Assembly: GCA_905182865.1 (NCBI GenBank)
Contig: CAJJCY010000002.1
Coordinates: forward strand, 771,040-835,039
Direction: 5' to 3'
Source of the DNA: an uncultured SAR324 cluster bacterium
GTDB taxonomy: Bacteria > SAR324 > NAC60-12
Length of the DNA: 64,000 bases
Part shown: positions 29,639 through 38,776 of the stretch, one piece after another
Layout of the letters: each line of letters starts with the position of its first letter
How positions within the stretch are numbered: position 1 is the first letter of the stretch
The notes under the pieces: generated by a model
What the model was told of the DNA's origin: nothing
What the model saw: only the letters and a program-made list of their open reading frames with translations
The model's database searches: none
Position numbers and translations under genes: made by a program

Positions 29639-30378
29639 CAGCTGGCACCTTCTGTTTGAAGAAAAGAAGGGTCCTCTTGTATACTCAATAAAACTTTTTC
29701 TGCAGCAAGCTGACTGGCCAGTTTTTTGCTGGCACCGCTCCCTCGTCCATATTCTTTTTCTTTGACATAAACTGCCATCGTAAATTCCTTTTCATGATCA
29801 GGACCAGATTCTTCAACCAGTTCATATGTCGAGGGAATTCCCATTATTTTCTGTACATGTTCCTGCAGTTCTGACTTATAATCTCGTGTAATATAACCCT
29901 CTGCATCTTGCGGCAAATATGGAAGAAAAATTTTGCGAATTACTCTGTTGATTTGGGAAAGTCCGTGTTCTTCACGGCTGTCAAGGTAGATAGCTGCCAT
30001 AACTGCTTCAAAGGTGTCAGCCAGCAAAGATTTTTTCTTTCGCCCACCTGTCATTTCTTCACCCCTGCCAAGTAACAAACATTCGCCTAATTCCAGGGTC
30101 TCGGCCTGTTTGCTGAGTCCGGATTCACTGACCAGGCTTGCCCGGAATTTTGAGAGTCCTCCCTCATCTAGTTCCGGGAACCCTTCCATCAGCATTTCAC
30201 TGATCACCAGGTCCAGGACTGCATCACCAAGAAACTCAATCCTTTCGTTATTGCCGTAATTTTCATCTGACTCCTCAGGGAGAAAAGATTTATGCGTCAG
30301 TGCTTGGCGGAGAATATCCGGTTTTTTGAATTGATAATCAACACGTTGACATAAGCGGATCCATTCTTGTTTCATCAT
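29638..30378 (-). CDS. rnc: ribonuclease III
   Basis: RNase III signature NERIEFLGDAVLDLVISE plus a C-terminal dsRBD (GPDHEKEFTMAVYV...GSGASKKLASQLAAEKVL). Start taken at MMKQEW (30378). Confidence 0.9.
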   Translation of the reverse strand: MMKQEWIRLCQRVDYQFKKPDILRQALTHKSFLPEESDENYGNNERIEFLGDAVLDLVISEMLMEGFPELDEGGLSKFRASLVSESGLSKQAETLELGECLLLGRGEEMTGGRKKKSLLADTFEAVMAAIYLDSREEHGLSQINRVIRKIFLPYLPQDAEGYITRDYKSELQEHVQKIMGIPSTYELVEESGPDHEKEFTMAVYVKEKEYGRGSGASKKLASQLAAEKVLLSIQEDPSFLQTEGAS

Positions 30379-30379
30379 T

Positions 30380-30715
30380 TTACCTTTTTCTTCGTTTGCA
30401 CCAGACGCGAATGGTTTGTGGACTGTAGAACCCAAGGCTCAGATAATGCACCAGACCGTCTGAAACAGTTTGCTCTATTTCGATAAGTGAAGCACCTCCG
30501 GGACAGGCTGAACTAATTTTTGCCGGGCCGCCAATTTGGCTGTCTGTGAATAGCATACTGACACTGGATATTTCCCCATCGTGCTTTTCACGCAGCATTT
30601 CTGTATCGTGATAAACACGCACGGTATAACAACCTGAGAGCATAACCGAAAGTACGAAAGCAATCAGCAATGATAAGATGGACGTAGCATTAAAGCTGAA
30701 TTTTAAGTTGATCAT
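30380..30715 (-). CDS. Bor/Iss-family outer-membrane lipoprotein
   Basis: From MINLKF...: signal peptide plus lipobox (VMLSGC). The C-terminal CPGGASLIEIEQTVSDGLVHYLSLGFYSPQTIRVWC parallels remembered lambda Bor (CGG...TLGIYTP...VYC). Confidence 0.6.
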   Translation of the reverse strand: MINLKFSFNATSILSLLIAFVLSVMLSGCYTVRVYHDTEMLREKHDGEISSVSMLFTDSQIGGPAKISSACPGGASLIEIEQTVSDGLVHYLSLGFYSPQTIRVWCKRRKR

Positions 30716-30858
30716 TTGCCAAAATTTTGAAGGGTTGCAGAGCAGCAACCAGATTTCTGCTGTGAGTTCAGAGTCAAAACTGACGGCTTCGACATTACAA
30801 ACAACAAGCAAATTCTTAAAATTATTATCACGACTAATGTAGCCCATTTACACACTCT

Positions 30859-31629
30859 ATGACAAGTTTTATTGATACTCACTGCCACCTTGACATCCTG
30901 GAATCAACTCCGGAAGAATCAATTATTGAAGCAAAACAGGCAGGTGTTCAACGGATGGTTACTATTGCTGTAGATGAGCCATCTCTGGATTTCGTTTCAA
31001 GTACAGTACAGGAATTTCCTTCTGTTTACGGAAGTGTTGGTTTTCATCCGCATGATGCTTCAAAACTTACAACGTCGCTATTACAAAAAATTCGGCAACT
31101 TGCCGAAGAACAGCATAAACTGATTGCAATTGGCGAAATTGGGCTTGATTATCATTATATGAACAGTCCTGCTGAGATCCAGCAACAGGCGTTCCGAAAA
31201 CAGCTTCAACTGGCAGTTGAGCTCAATCTTCCAGTTATCCTGCACAGCCGGGAAGCAGAAACCGATACCCTGAAAATTCTGCAGGAGTTTCCGGTACCAT
31301 CTCTTGGTGTGGCACACAGTTTCACCAGTTCAATTGAAATGGCCAAAATACTTGTGGATATGGGATGGTATCTGGGCATTAATGGAATAGTAACTTTTAA
31401 GAATGCGGAAGATTTACAAGAAGTGGTGCGTTGGCTTCCACTTGAGCATTTACTTCTGGAAACAGACTCACCCTTTCTTGCCCCAATTCCCTTTCGTGGA
31501 AAACCCAACAAACCGGCACACATTCCCACCATTGCCAATTTTATTGCTAAGTTGAAAAAAATTACCCTGGAGGAATTAGCACAACAAACTACAGCAAACG
31601 CGGAACGCTTGTTTAACTTTCCTGAGTGA
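30859..31629 (+). CDS. tatD: TatD-family metal-dependent hydrolase/DNase
   Basis: FIDTHCHLD, IGEIGLDYHY, PVILHSREA, LLLETDSPFLAP. Confidence 0.9.
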   Translation: MTSFIDTHCHLDILESTPEESIIEAKQAGVQRMVTIAVDEPSLDFVSSTVQEFPSVYGSVGFHPHDASKLTTSLLQKIRQLAEEQHKLIAIGEIGLDYHYMNSPAEIQQQAFRKQLQLAVELNLPVILHSREAETDTLKILQEFPVPSLGVAHSFTSSIEMAKILVDMGWYLGINGIVTFKNAEDLQEVVRWLPLEHLLLETDSPFLAPIPFRGKPNKPAHIPTIANFIAKLKKITLEELAQQTTANAERLFNFPE

Positions 31630-31966
31630 ATTGTGCCGCATTCTTATATAAAGTCCTGTATCGAAAATCCTTCCATAATATTATATAAAATTCTGTAAAA
31701 ACAATAGTCTGCGTCTATAATAATTGAACTTTTTTTTGCGTTTATTGATTTCCTAACTGGCATGCAAAGATGCAGAAAAAAATTTAACGCATTTTGTTAA
31801 ACCAGGATTTTTCGGTTGTAATCATCTAATGTTTCATAATTAATTCAGATCAACTGTTTGAATTTTCACAGTTATTGCAGCCTAAATTGTGTTAAAATAA
31901 CTATTTAAATAATTAATTTTTGAGGCTTTAAAACCTCATTTCATAAACATTGGTAGAAAACTTTTT

Positions 31967-32788
31967 ATGGAACAGGGTACTCTAGTTGGGACTATTTTAG
32001 CATGGTTTATGTTGTTATTTGCCATGATGTTTAATTTTTCTACGTTATCATTGAACATCGGAAATGGAGTTTACTTCTGGGACACTCCTTCATTAATGAT
32101 CGTTTTTGGAGGAACTATTGCCTCCACATTTATTTCGCATCCTATGGCAGATGCGAAGGGATTTTTGGGCATCATCGGCAAGTCATGGAAGCCGAATTCT
32201 GTTCAACTTGTAGAAACGTTGACCTTGATTGTTGACGTTTCTAAAATTGCCCGGAAAAATATCCTGGCAATTGAAGATGCACTGCCCAGCATCGAAAACC
32301 TTTTCTTGCGAGGAGGATTAAGACTGGTGGTGGATCGGGCTGACCGGGAAGCAATTGTGAACATGATGGCACACGAAGTAAAGTACACAATGGCCGGCAA
32401 GGATAATGAGATTGCTGTTGTTGGTACTATGGCTTCACTCTGTCCTGCATGGGGGATGCTTGGAACGCTGGTTGGACTGGTGCTGCTTCTACAGAACCTT
32501 GATGATCCTTCCGCGATTGGCCCTGCAATGGCTGTGGCTTTGATTACCACCTTTTATGGATCCCTTTTTGCGAATACCATTTTTTCTCCAGCCAAAAAGA
32601 AGCTTGAACTCTATGCGGGTGAACAAAAAGTTTTGATGGAAATGATCCGTGACGGCGTACTTTACATTGAGGGAGGACAACGTCCAGATTTTATTGAAAA
32701 CGACTTGATGAACTATCTGCCACCCGTTCAAAAAACAATGTATGAAGCTTTGAAGTTTGAAGGCGGCGATAGCGGCGGCGGAGAGTAA
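31967..32788 (+). CDS. motA: flagellar stator protein MotA/PomA family (MotA/TolQ/ExbB proton channel)
   Basis: 273 aa with four TM segments and the C-terminal channel region GPAMAVALITTFYGSLFAN. Followed by MotB-type genes. Confidence 0.75.
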   Translation: MEQGTLVGTILAWFMLLFAMMFNFSTLSLNIGNGVYFWDTPSLMIVFGGTIASTFISHPMADAKGFLGIIGKSWKPNSVQLVETLTLIVDVSKIARKNILAIEDALPSIENLFLRGGLRLVVDRADREAIVNMMAHEVKYTMAGKDNEIAVVGTMASLCPAWGMLGTLVGLVLLLQNLDDPSAIGPAMAVALITTFYGSLFANTIFSPAKKKLELYAGEQKVLMEMIRDGVLYIEGGQRPDFIENDLMNYLPPVQKTMYEALKFEGGDSGGGE

Positions 32789-32813
32789 TCTGAACCTAAA
32801 AAAGGAGTAAATA

Positions 32814-33470
32814 ATGGCTCAGATGATTGATGAGGAAGATTGTGAAATTTGTATTCCTTTTGATCAGGAATGGATTTTTACTTATGGTGATTTGGTAACT
32901 CTCCTGCTTTGCTTTTTCATTTTGCTCTTTTCCATGTGCAAGACTGATATCGAAAAAAGCAAACAAATTTCTGAAAGTTTCAAAAGCATGCCGCCGGGCA
33001 GTCCCTTTATTTTCAGTGGACAATCTTCAAATTTGGATAAAGCTTCAAAGGAGCTTGAACAGTTGGATGTACCTGATGATGTGTCAATCAATGCCTCAAA
33101 GGCTGGACTGGAGGTTACATTCAGCAAAACAGTGGCCTTTGAACAAGGTTCTGTATCAATTTCTGAGAAAGCAAAAAAGACTTTGATCAAGATGCTGCCA
33201 ATTATTGGGCAGATGCAGAACAATATTGAAATATCCGGACACACCGATGAATCTGATTCAAATCAGAAATATCCATCAAACTGGGATCTTTCTGTAGCAC
33301 GAGCAAGCGTTATTGCCGCTTTTCTGGAATCAAAACTTATTCCAGTAAATCGTATCCAGGTAGCCGGATATGGTGATTCCCGTCCAAGATTTAATCCGGA
33401 TACAGCTTATAAACGTAACTTGAACCGACGTGTACAGATTCTGCTCCTTCCTGAAGATCAAACACGTTAG
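32814..33470 (+). CDS. motB: MotB-type stator subunit (OmpA-like C-terminal domain), copy 1
   Basis: The TM/plug region WIFTYGDLVTLLLCFFILLFS contains the conserved Asp. The C-terminal OmpA-like domain reads ISGHTDE...NWDLSVARASVIAAFL...GYGDSRP...NRRVQILLLP. Confidence 0.8.
   Translation: MAQMIDEEDCEICIPFDQEWIFTYGDLVTLLLCFFILLFSMCKTDIEKSKQISESFKSMPPGSPFIFSGQSSNLDKASKELEQLDVPDDVSINASKAGLEVTFSKTVAFEQGSVSISEKAKKTLIKMLPIIGQMQNNIEISGHTDESDSNQKYPSNWDLSVARASVIAAFLESKLIPVNRIQVAGYGDSRPRFNPDTAYKRNLNRRVQILLLPEDQTR
32826..32929 (+). repeat. about 104-nt segment roughly 90 percent identical (hand count, 11 mismatches) to 33521-33624
   Basis: Codon-by-codon comparison of the two motB 5' regions. There is a 29-nt identical run, TGGATTTTTACTTATGGTGATTTGGTAAC. 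The remainder of the genes is only weakly similar. Confidence 0.7.
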
Positions 33471-33508
33471 TTTCTCTGAAACCCTTAACTTAATACTGCG
33501 TACCTGAG

Positions 33509-34147
33509 ATGGGACAACTCATTGATGAGGATGATTGCGAAGTTTGTGTTCCGTTCGATCAGGAGTGGATTTTTACTTATGGTGATTTGGTAACGCTCCT
33601 ACTTTGCTTTTTCATCTTGCTCTTTTCATCCTGCAAATATGAAACAATGAAATTCAAAAGCCTGGCTGCGAGTTTTAAACCTCTGCCGGCTGGTACTCCG
33701 TTTTTGAATGAGGGTAAAGACTCAATCGTTGAGCAGATTGCCCAGCAGTTGGAGGAAAGTGAGCTGGGAGATGACGCAAATATCAATGTTGAAGAAAAGG
33801 GGGTTGTTGTCTCTTTTAAAGCAAGTGCATATTTTAAAACAGATTCTGCCAAGTTGAATGCAAAGGCAGTCAAGGAAATGACTCGTTTCTCCAAACTCAT
33901 TTTTCTCTTGCCCAACAAAATCCAAATCGAAGGACATACTGAAAAAAAACAACCGGATAATTGGGATTCAACCTGGGAACTAGCTGGCGCACGTGCCTCG
34001 AAGATTGCTCGATTTTTTATTGAAAACGGGCTGGATCCAAAAAAAATAACAATCAAGAGCTTTGGTTCGTCACGTCCGCGCTTCCGCGAAGCTTCACCTA
34101 CTCAAAGAAGCTTAAACAACCGGGTAGAAATTGTTGTCCTACCGTAA
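33509..34147 (+). CDS. motB: MotB-type stator subunit, copy 2 (paralogue)
   Basis: N-terminus nearly identical to copy 1 (LIDEDDCEVCVPFDQEWIFTYGDLVTLLLCFFILLFS). Divergent periplasmic part with OmpA-like motifs (IEGHTE...WELAGARASKIARFF...FGSSRP...NNRVEIVVLP). Confidence 0.8.
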   Translation: MGQLIDEDDCEVCVPFDQEWIFTYGDLVTLLLCFFILLFSSCKYETMKFKSLAASFKPLPAGTPFLNEGKDSIVEQIAQQLEESELGDDANINVEEKGVVVSFKASAYFKTDSAKLNAKAVKEMTRFSKLIFLLPNKIQIEGHTEKKQPDNWDSTWELAGARASKIARFFIENGLDPKKITIKSFGSSRPRFREASPTQRSLNNRVEIVVLP

Positions 34148-34156
34148 TACCCACAA

Positions 34157-35461
34157 TCAATCCATATTCCGCCCGTAAACAATAGACTCCTGAAAATCGT
34201 AGTTTTTAAGTTTTTGCTCCGGAAGTTCTTCCGGACTTATTTCACGGAAACCGCATTGAGTAAAAACATGTGAGGTGGCAGTACTTAAAGCGAATGCAAG
34301 TTTGCAGTTTTCAGAGCGGATTTTTTCAGAAGCAGCCTGAATCAGTTCACTGCCGATCCCCTGATTACGATATGATTTATTCACTGCCAGACTGGCAATT
34401 TCTGCAGCAGAACCATCTGGATAATAAATAACTTCGCAGCAACCAACAACGTCTTCATCAATACAAAACACCAGATAATTATCAATTTGCTGTCCAATGT
34501 AGGAAGACGTGCGTAAAACAATTGCTGCATGCTGAACCGGACTTTTGAGGATTTCCAAAATAGACTGCAAATCACTAAGCTGTGCAGGACGAGTGCGTTT
34601 GTATGAACTGTTTGTAATCATTACTCCGGCTCCTTTTGGAGTAAGCAGCTCTGCGAGCAGGGCACCCTCAACCCTGCCGTCCAGCAAATGACACCGTTCA
34701 ACACCATGAACACAGGCTTCAGCCAGTACATTCAATTGCAGGCGCTGTGATGAAGGTAAATCCGGATTTTTTTTCAACCATTGCTGAACACTTTCTGTTG
34801 TCATTTCCAGAGAATCTGAGCCATCAATTTGCGGCAATGTTAAAGTATCCAGTATAATAAATTTTTTTGCACGTAGGCGGGTTGCCACTTCAAAGGCAAC
34901 CTGATTTGGATCAAGAATCCACAATCTTCCCTTTTCTCCCAATGCAAAAGGTGGTAGTATAACAAGCTTTGAGTTTGAAATTTCCTGACGGAGTGTTTCC
35001 AGGTCAAGTCCGCAAACGTTTCCAGTGAAGTGTGTCCCGAAATTTCCAGAAAAAGATTTTTTCTCTGCAAACATGAAATGACCAGTTAAGGTTTGAAGCT
35101 GCCGACTACAACTCCTGAACCGAGTCAGTAACTGCCAGTTTGCATTAGAAATTGCCTGTTCAATCAGCGGCAAATGACTCTCTTCCGCAACAAGAATACC
35201 GTCTTCAGTTTGGCAAACAAGACCACCATCAGTTAGAGACTTGCGGATCTGTGTTTCTGCGCCATGGATCAAAACGATTCTGATACCAACTTGTTGCAAG
35301 AGCGCTAAATCTTCAATTACTCTGAAATTGTGACCATTAAGCAAATCTCCGCTTAGTTGAACCACGAAAGTTTGCTGATGGAACTCCTCCAGATAGGGCA
35401 GGGAAGCCCGTAAATTATGAATAAAACCGGACAACTCCGGATCAAGAGAATGCTGTGGCAT
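34157..35461 (-). CDS. argA: amino-acid N-acetyltransferase (N-acetylglutamate synthase)
   Basis: Amino-acid-kinase fold N-domain (FVVQLSGDLL...IVLIHGAETQI) plus a C-terminal GNAT domain (YRNQGIGSELI). Confidence 0.8.
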   Translation of the reverse strand: MPQHSLDPELSGFIHNLRASLPYLEEFHQQTFVVQLSGDLLNGHNFRVIEDLALLQQVGIRIVLIHGAETQIRKSLTDGGLVCQTEDGILVAEESHLPLIEQAISNANWQLLTRFRSCSRQLQTLTGHFMFAEKKSFSGNFGTHFTGNVCGLDLETLRQEISNSKLVILPPFALGEKGRLWILDPNQVAFEVATRLRAKKFIILDTLTLPQIDGSDSLEMTTESVQQWLKKNPDLPSSQRLQLNVLAEACVHGVERCHLLDGRVEGALLAELLTPKGAGVMITNSSYKRTRPAQLSDLQSILEILKSPVQHAAIVLRTSSYIGQQIDNYLVFCIDEDVVGCCEVIYYPDGSAAEIASLAVNKSYRNQGIGSELIQAASEKIRSENCKLAFALSTATSHVFTQCGFREISPEELPEQKLKNYDFQESIVYGRNMD

Positions 35462-36527
35462 GGGTTATATTAAAAAAAAAGTTGACCTGGAATCTTCAGG
35501 GCAAAGTAAACAAAAAGCGAAAGTTCTTTCAATCGTAATTCCTACTTTCAACAGCGCAAAACTGTTGTCAATCTGTCTTGAAGCCCTTGAAAAACAAACT
35601 GCGCAAAAAACCTGTTTTGAAGTTACAGTTGCAGACGATGGTTCTACAGATGAAACTTTGCAGATGCTGCAGCAGTTTAAAGCACGCTCTGAGTTACAGC
35701 TTCAATGGACTACAATTCCGAATTCCGGTCCAGGCAATGCCCGTAATGCCGGAGTTTCTTTATCTTCCGGAACATGGATCGGGTTTATGGACGCGGATGT
35801 TATTCCACATCCGGACTGGGTAAAAAATGCACTTACGCTAATTCCGCAGAAACCAGAAGCTGGAGCATTTGAGGGCCGAACAGAAGTCACTCAACGCAGC
35901 CGGGCTACGCCATTCACGCATCAAACCGAAAACATTGACGGCGGACGCTACCCAACATGTAATTTTCTTGTCCGCCGAAACTTAGCACATTTTCACCCGG
36001 CTTATCTTATTCCTTTCCGGGAGGACACAGATTTAGCGTTCAGCATTTTAGCTGCAGGATTTTCGATTATATTTGCTCCCGAACTGATTGTGGAGCATCC
36101 CCCTCTACCTTCAAGCTATTTACGGCCTCTGGTTTTAGCACGAAGATATTATTATGACGGTTTATTGTCTCGGAGATTTCCCAGTCGTTACCGTAATGAT
36201 TTGGACGCACATCAGATAATTGGTCTCAAAATTCCACATTTGAAGAAGAAATTATACTCTTTATTTGTGCTTTCTCAAATTGTTTTTCTTGGATCACAGC
36301 TTTTAGGTTTATCAGGCAAGGGTTTGTTTCTGGCAGGAAGTGCCTACCTTTTGTGCCTGCTAATGACTGCCGGAGCAAGTCTGCGCTTTGCAAATTGGCG
36401 GGATCTTTCGCTCAAAGACTGGCTTGTCTTTATTTGCCAGCAGCACGTGCTGCCGTGGGTGATGGGTTATTCACTGTTTCGGGGCTGGTTGGATTTTCGC
36501 GGAGAACCTGAGTATTCTGACAGTTAA
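35460..36527 (+). CDS. family 2 glycosyltransferase with C-terminal membrane segments
   Basis: LSIVIPTFNSAKLL...VADDGSTDET...FMDADV (DxD) motifs, with hydrophobic C-terminal helices. Confidence 0.75.
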   Translation: MGYIKKKVDLESSGQSKQKAKVLSIVIPTFNSAKLLSICLEALEKQTAQKTCFEVTVADDGSTDETLQMLQQFKARSELQLQWTTIPNSGPGNARNAGVSLSSGTWIGFMDADVIPHPDWVKNALTLIPQKPEAGAFEGRTEVTQRSRATPFTHQTENIDGGRYPTCNFLVRRNLAHFHPAYLIPFREDTDLAFSILAAGFSIIFAPELIVEHPPLPSSYLRPLVLARRYYYDGLLSRRFPSRYRNDLDAHQIIGLKIPHLKKKLYSLFVLSQIVFLGSQLLGLSGKGLFLAGSAYLLCLLMTAGASLRFANWRDLSLKDWLVFICQQHVLPWVMGYSLFRGWLDFRGEPEYSDS

Positions 36528-36584
36528 TTGTGACGTCAGAACTATACGATAATTTGACTATTTACTCAAAGCAATTCAGAATTG

Positions 36585-36636
36585 AAGACCACCCTTTGAA
36601 GAGTTGTGCAAGGACGTCAACTTCTGGTCTTATTTT
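36585..36636 (+). terminator. possible rho-independent terminator after the GT2 gene
   Basis: Long imperfect hairpin AAGACCA...TTGAAG-GTTG..CAACTTC.TGGTCTT followed by ATTTTAATTT. The stem is interrupted, so this is weak. Confidence 0.3.
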
Positions 36637-36747
36637 AATTTGTCGTTGAATGCAGATACATGGAATTATTTAGTTTGTATTCAAAGACAAACTGACTCAG
36701 GCTCAGTAAAGCAAAAGATTTAAATTAGAAAATAAGTGTAATTCAAG

Positions 36748-37602
36748 ATGTTTGTTACCTATAAACTTTCAGAAAAATCATTTAAAAAACTCCGGAAAAA
36801 AGGAGTCAGTGATGTTGCTCTAAACGACCTTGCTGAGCTGGAAAACAGGGTATTTCCAAACTCGTATATTTTTTTGAGCCGTGTCCGTAAACTCCCTCAG
36901 GCAGAAGAACTCATGAAAAATGAGGCGGATCTTTTGAAAGCAGCAAAGGGATTTTTGCGTCTGGACCTTCTGATTCCGAACCGGACAATCAGGGAATGGG
37001 CTGAGGCTCTGATTTTTGCGGTTGTAGTTGCAACCATTGTCCGAACCTATTTGTTTGCACCTTATCAAATTCCATCCGGATCGATGCTGCCGACTATTCA
37101 GATTGGAGACCACATATTTGCCAGTATGTATTCCTATGGTTCACCGATTCCCTTCACAGATATCAAACTTTTTAAAAAACCTGTACTGCGGCGAGATATT
37201 ATCATTTTCCCATTTCCGAATGACCCCTCGGTTGACTACATAAAACGTGCAGTTGGGCTGCCTGGTGAGACACTGGAAATTCGGAAAGATCAGGTTTTCA
37301 TAAATGGAGAACAACTTGATGAGCCTTACGCATATTATGAACCAAATGAACGGAGAACCCGACTGGCGCAGGGTTTAATGTCCTCAACTCCGGTCAGCCG
37401 CTTTGGTCCGATTAAGATTCCGGAAGGTAAAATATTTGCGATGGGAGATAACCGATACAACAGTGCAGATAGTCGTTACTGGGGTTTTGTTGATCTTAAA
37501 ACAGTTATCGGAAAAGGACAAATTATCTACTGGTCGCACGATCCTGAAGAAAATTTTTTTGGTGGATATAGATTTGGCCGTTTACTTGATTACCTGAAAT
37601 AA
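36748..37602 (+). CDS. lepB: signal peptidase I
   Basis: Catalytic Ser box IPSGSMLPTI, Lys box DYIKRAVGLPGE, and GDNRYNSADSRYWGFV. Confidence 0.9.
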   Translation: MFVTYKLSEKSFKKLRKKGVSDVALNDLAELENRVFPNSYIFLSRVRKLPQAEELMKNEADLLKAAKGFLRLDLLIPNRTIREWAEALIFAVVVATIVRTYLFAPYQIPSGSMLPTIQIGDHIFASMYSYGSPIPFTDIKLFKKPVLRRDIIIFPFPNDPSVDYIKRAVGLPGETLEIRKDQVFINGEQLDEPYAYYEPNERRTRLAQGLMSSTPVSRFGPIKIPEGKIFAMGDNRYNSADSRYWGFVDLKTVIGKGQIIYWSHDPEENFFGGYRFGRLLDYLK

Positions 37603-37635
37603 TAAATCAGCAAGAGTAGTTTTTTGAATGAAAGC

Positions 37636-38535
37636 ATGAAAACAGCAGCAAATACAATTCCTCGAAATTCACCATGCTGGTGCGGAAGCGGTAAAAAATA
37701 TAAAAAATGCCACATGGGAAAAGGGCAAAGACAGGTGCCGTTGCCTGAGACAAAACCTAAAGGGCGTCAAGTTATTATTAAAACCGAGAAACAGATTGAA
37801 GGTATCCGCAAAAGCAGCCAACTTACAAAAATGCTGCTCGATATGGTTGAGGAACGAATCGGTGAGGGAGTGACCTCAAATGAAATAGACGGATGGGTTT
37901 ATCGTGAAACTTTGGCTAACGGCGCAATTCCGGCTCCATTGAATTACGGGCACGGTCAAGGTCGACAGAGGATGCCGTTTCCTAAAAGTGTCTGCAGTTC
38001 GCCGAACAATGTCATTTGCCATGGTATTCCAAACAATCATGCACTGCAGAGCGGTGACATTGTGAATATTGATGTTACCTGCGATTTAGACGGCTATTTT
38101 GGAGATGCCAGCAGAATGTTTATCATTGGCGATGTTCCAGATAGAACGCGGGAATTGGTGGAGGTCACACGGGAATGTCTTGAACTTGGGATAGAACAGG
38201 TTTATCCATCTAATACACTTGGGGACATTGGCCACGTTATTCAGCAGCATGCAGAAAAACATGGCTTTTCGGTTGTCAGAGATTTTGCTGGACATGGAGT
38301 TGGAGTGGAATTTCACGAGGCTCCACAAGTACTGCATTACGGTCAGCCGGGGACAGGTGTTACAATTCAGGAAAATATGATATTCACAATTGAACCAATG
38401 ATCAACATGGGTAGTTATGAATGCAGAGTTTTGGGTGACGGCTGGACGGCTGTGACTGTGGACGGAGAGTTATCTGCTCAGTGGGAACACACTTTGCTGG
38501 TTACTGAAAGTGGAGTTGAGGTACTGACTGCATAA
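37636..38535 (+). CDS. map: type I methionine aminopeptidase with N-terminal SEC-C zinc motif
   Basis: CWCGSGKKYKKCH (SEC-C), then MetAP blocks VCHGIP, VNIDVT, DASRMF, GHGVG, FTIEPM, EHT. ATG at 37636, with an alternative TTG at 37624. Confidence 0.9.
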   Translation: MKTAANTIPRNSPCWCGSGKKYKKCHMGKGQRQVPLPETKPKGRQVIIKTEKQIEGIRKSSQLTKMLLDMVEERIGEGVTSNEIDGWVYRETLANGAIPAPLNYGHGQGRQRMPFPKSVCSSPNNVICHGIPNNHALQSGDIVNIDVTCDLDGYFGDASRMFIIGDVPDRTRELVEVTRECLELGIEQVYPSNTLGDIGHVIQQHAEKHGFSVVRDFAGHGVGVEFHEAPQVLHYGQPGTGVTIQENMIFTIEPMINMGSYECRVLGDGWTAVTVDGELSAQWEHTLLVTESGVEVLTA

Positions 38536-38776
38536 GTCATTCTGCATTTACAATGTTTTGCTTGTTAGCAATCAAAATTAGACAATTACCTGAAAATTAC
38601 CCATTCCCGCGAAAGCAGGAATGACAAACAATTTTGAATTATAGACTTTGTAAACTAGTTCATCAAAATACTTTTTCAATCATTTTGTATTTATGTGAGC
38701 ATTAAGCTTGTATTTTCCGCAGTCTTGGCTTAATTTATTGTCTAATCTATTACAATCTTAAACACGAAAATTTAAA

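Noticed and set aside
31758-31774. A sigma54-like element, TGGCAT-N7-TGCA, upstream of motA.
   Set aside because: The GG to GC spacing is one nt longer than the strict -24/-12 consensus, and sigma54 promoters do not tolerate this.
32882-34056. Two minus-strand ORFs (32882-33244 and 33577-34056) share a nearly identical C-terminal tail (KSKMKKQSR.VTKSP).
   Set aside because: Both are antisense shadows of the motB paralogues. The shared tail is simply the reverse complement of the conserved motB 5' repeat.
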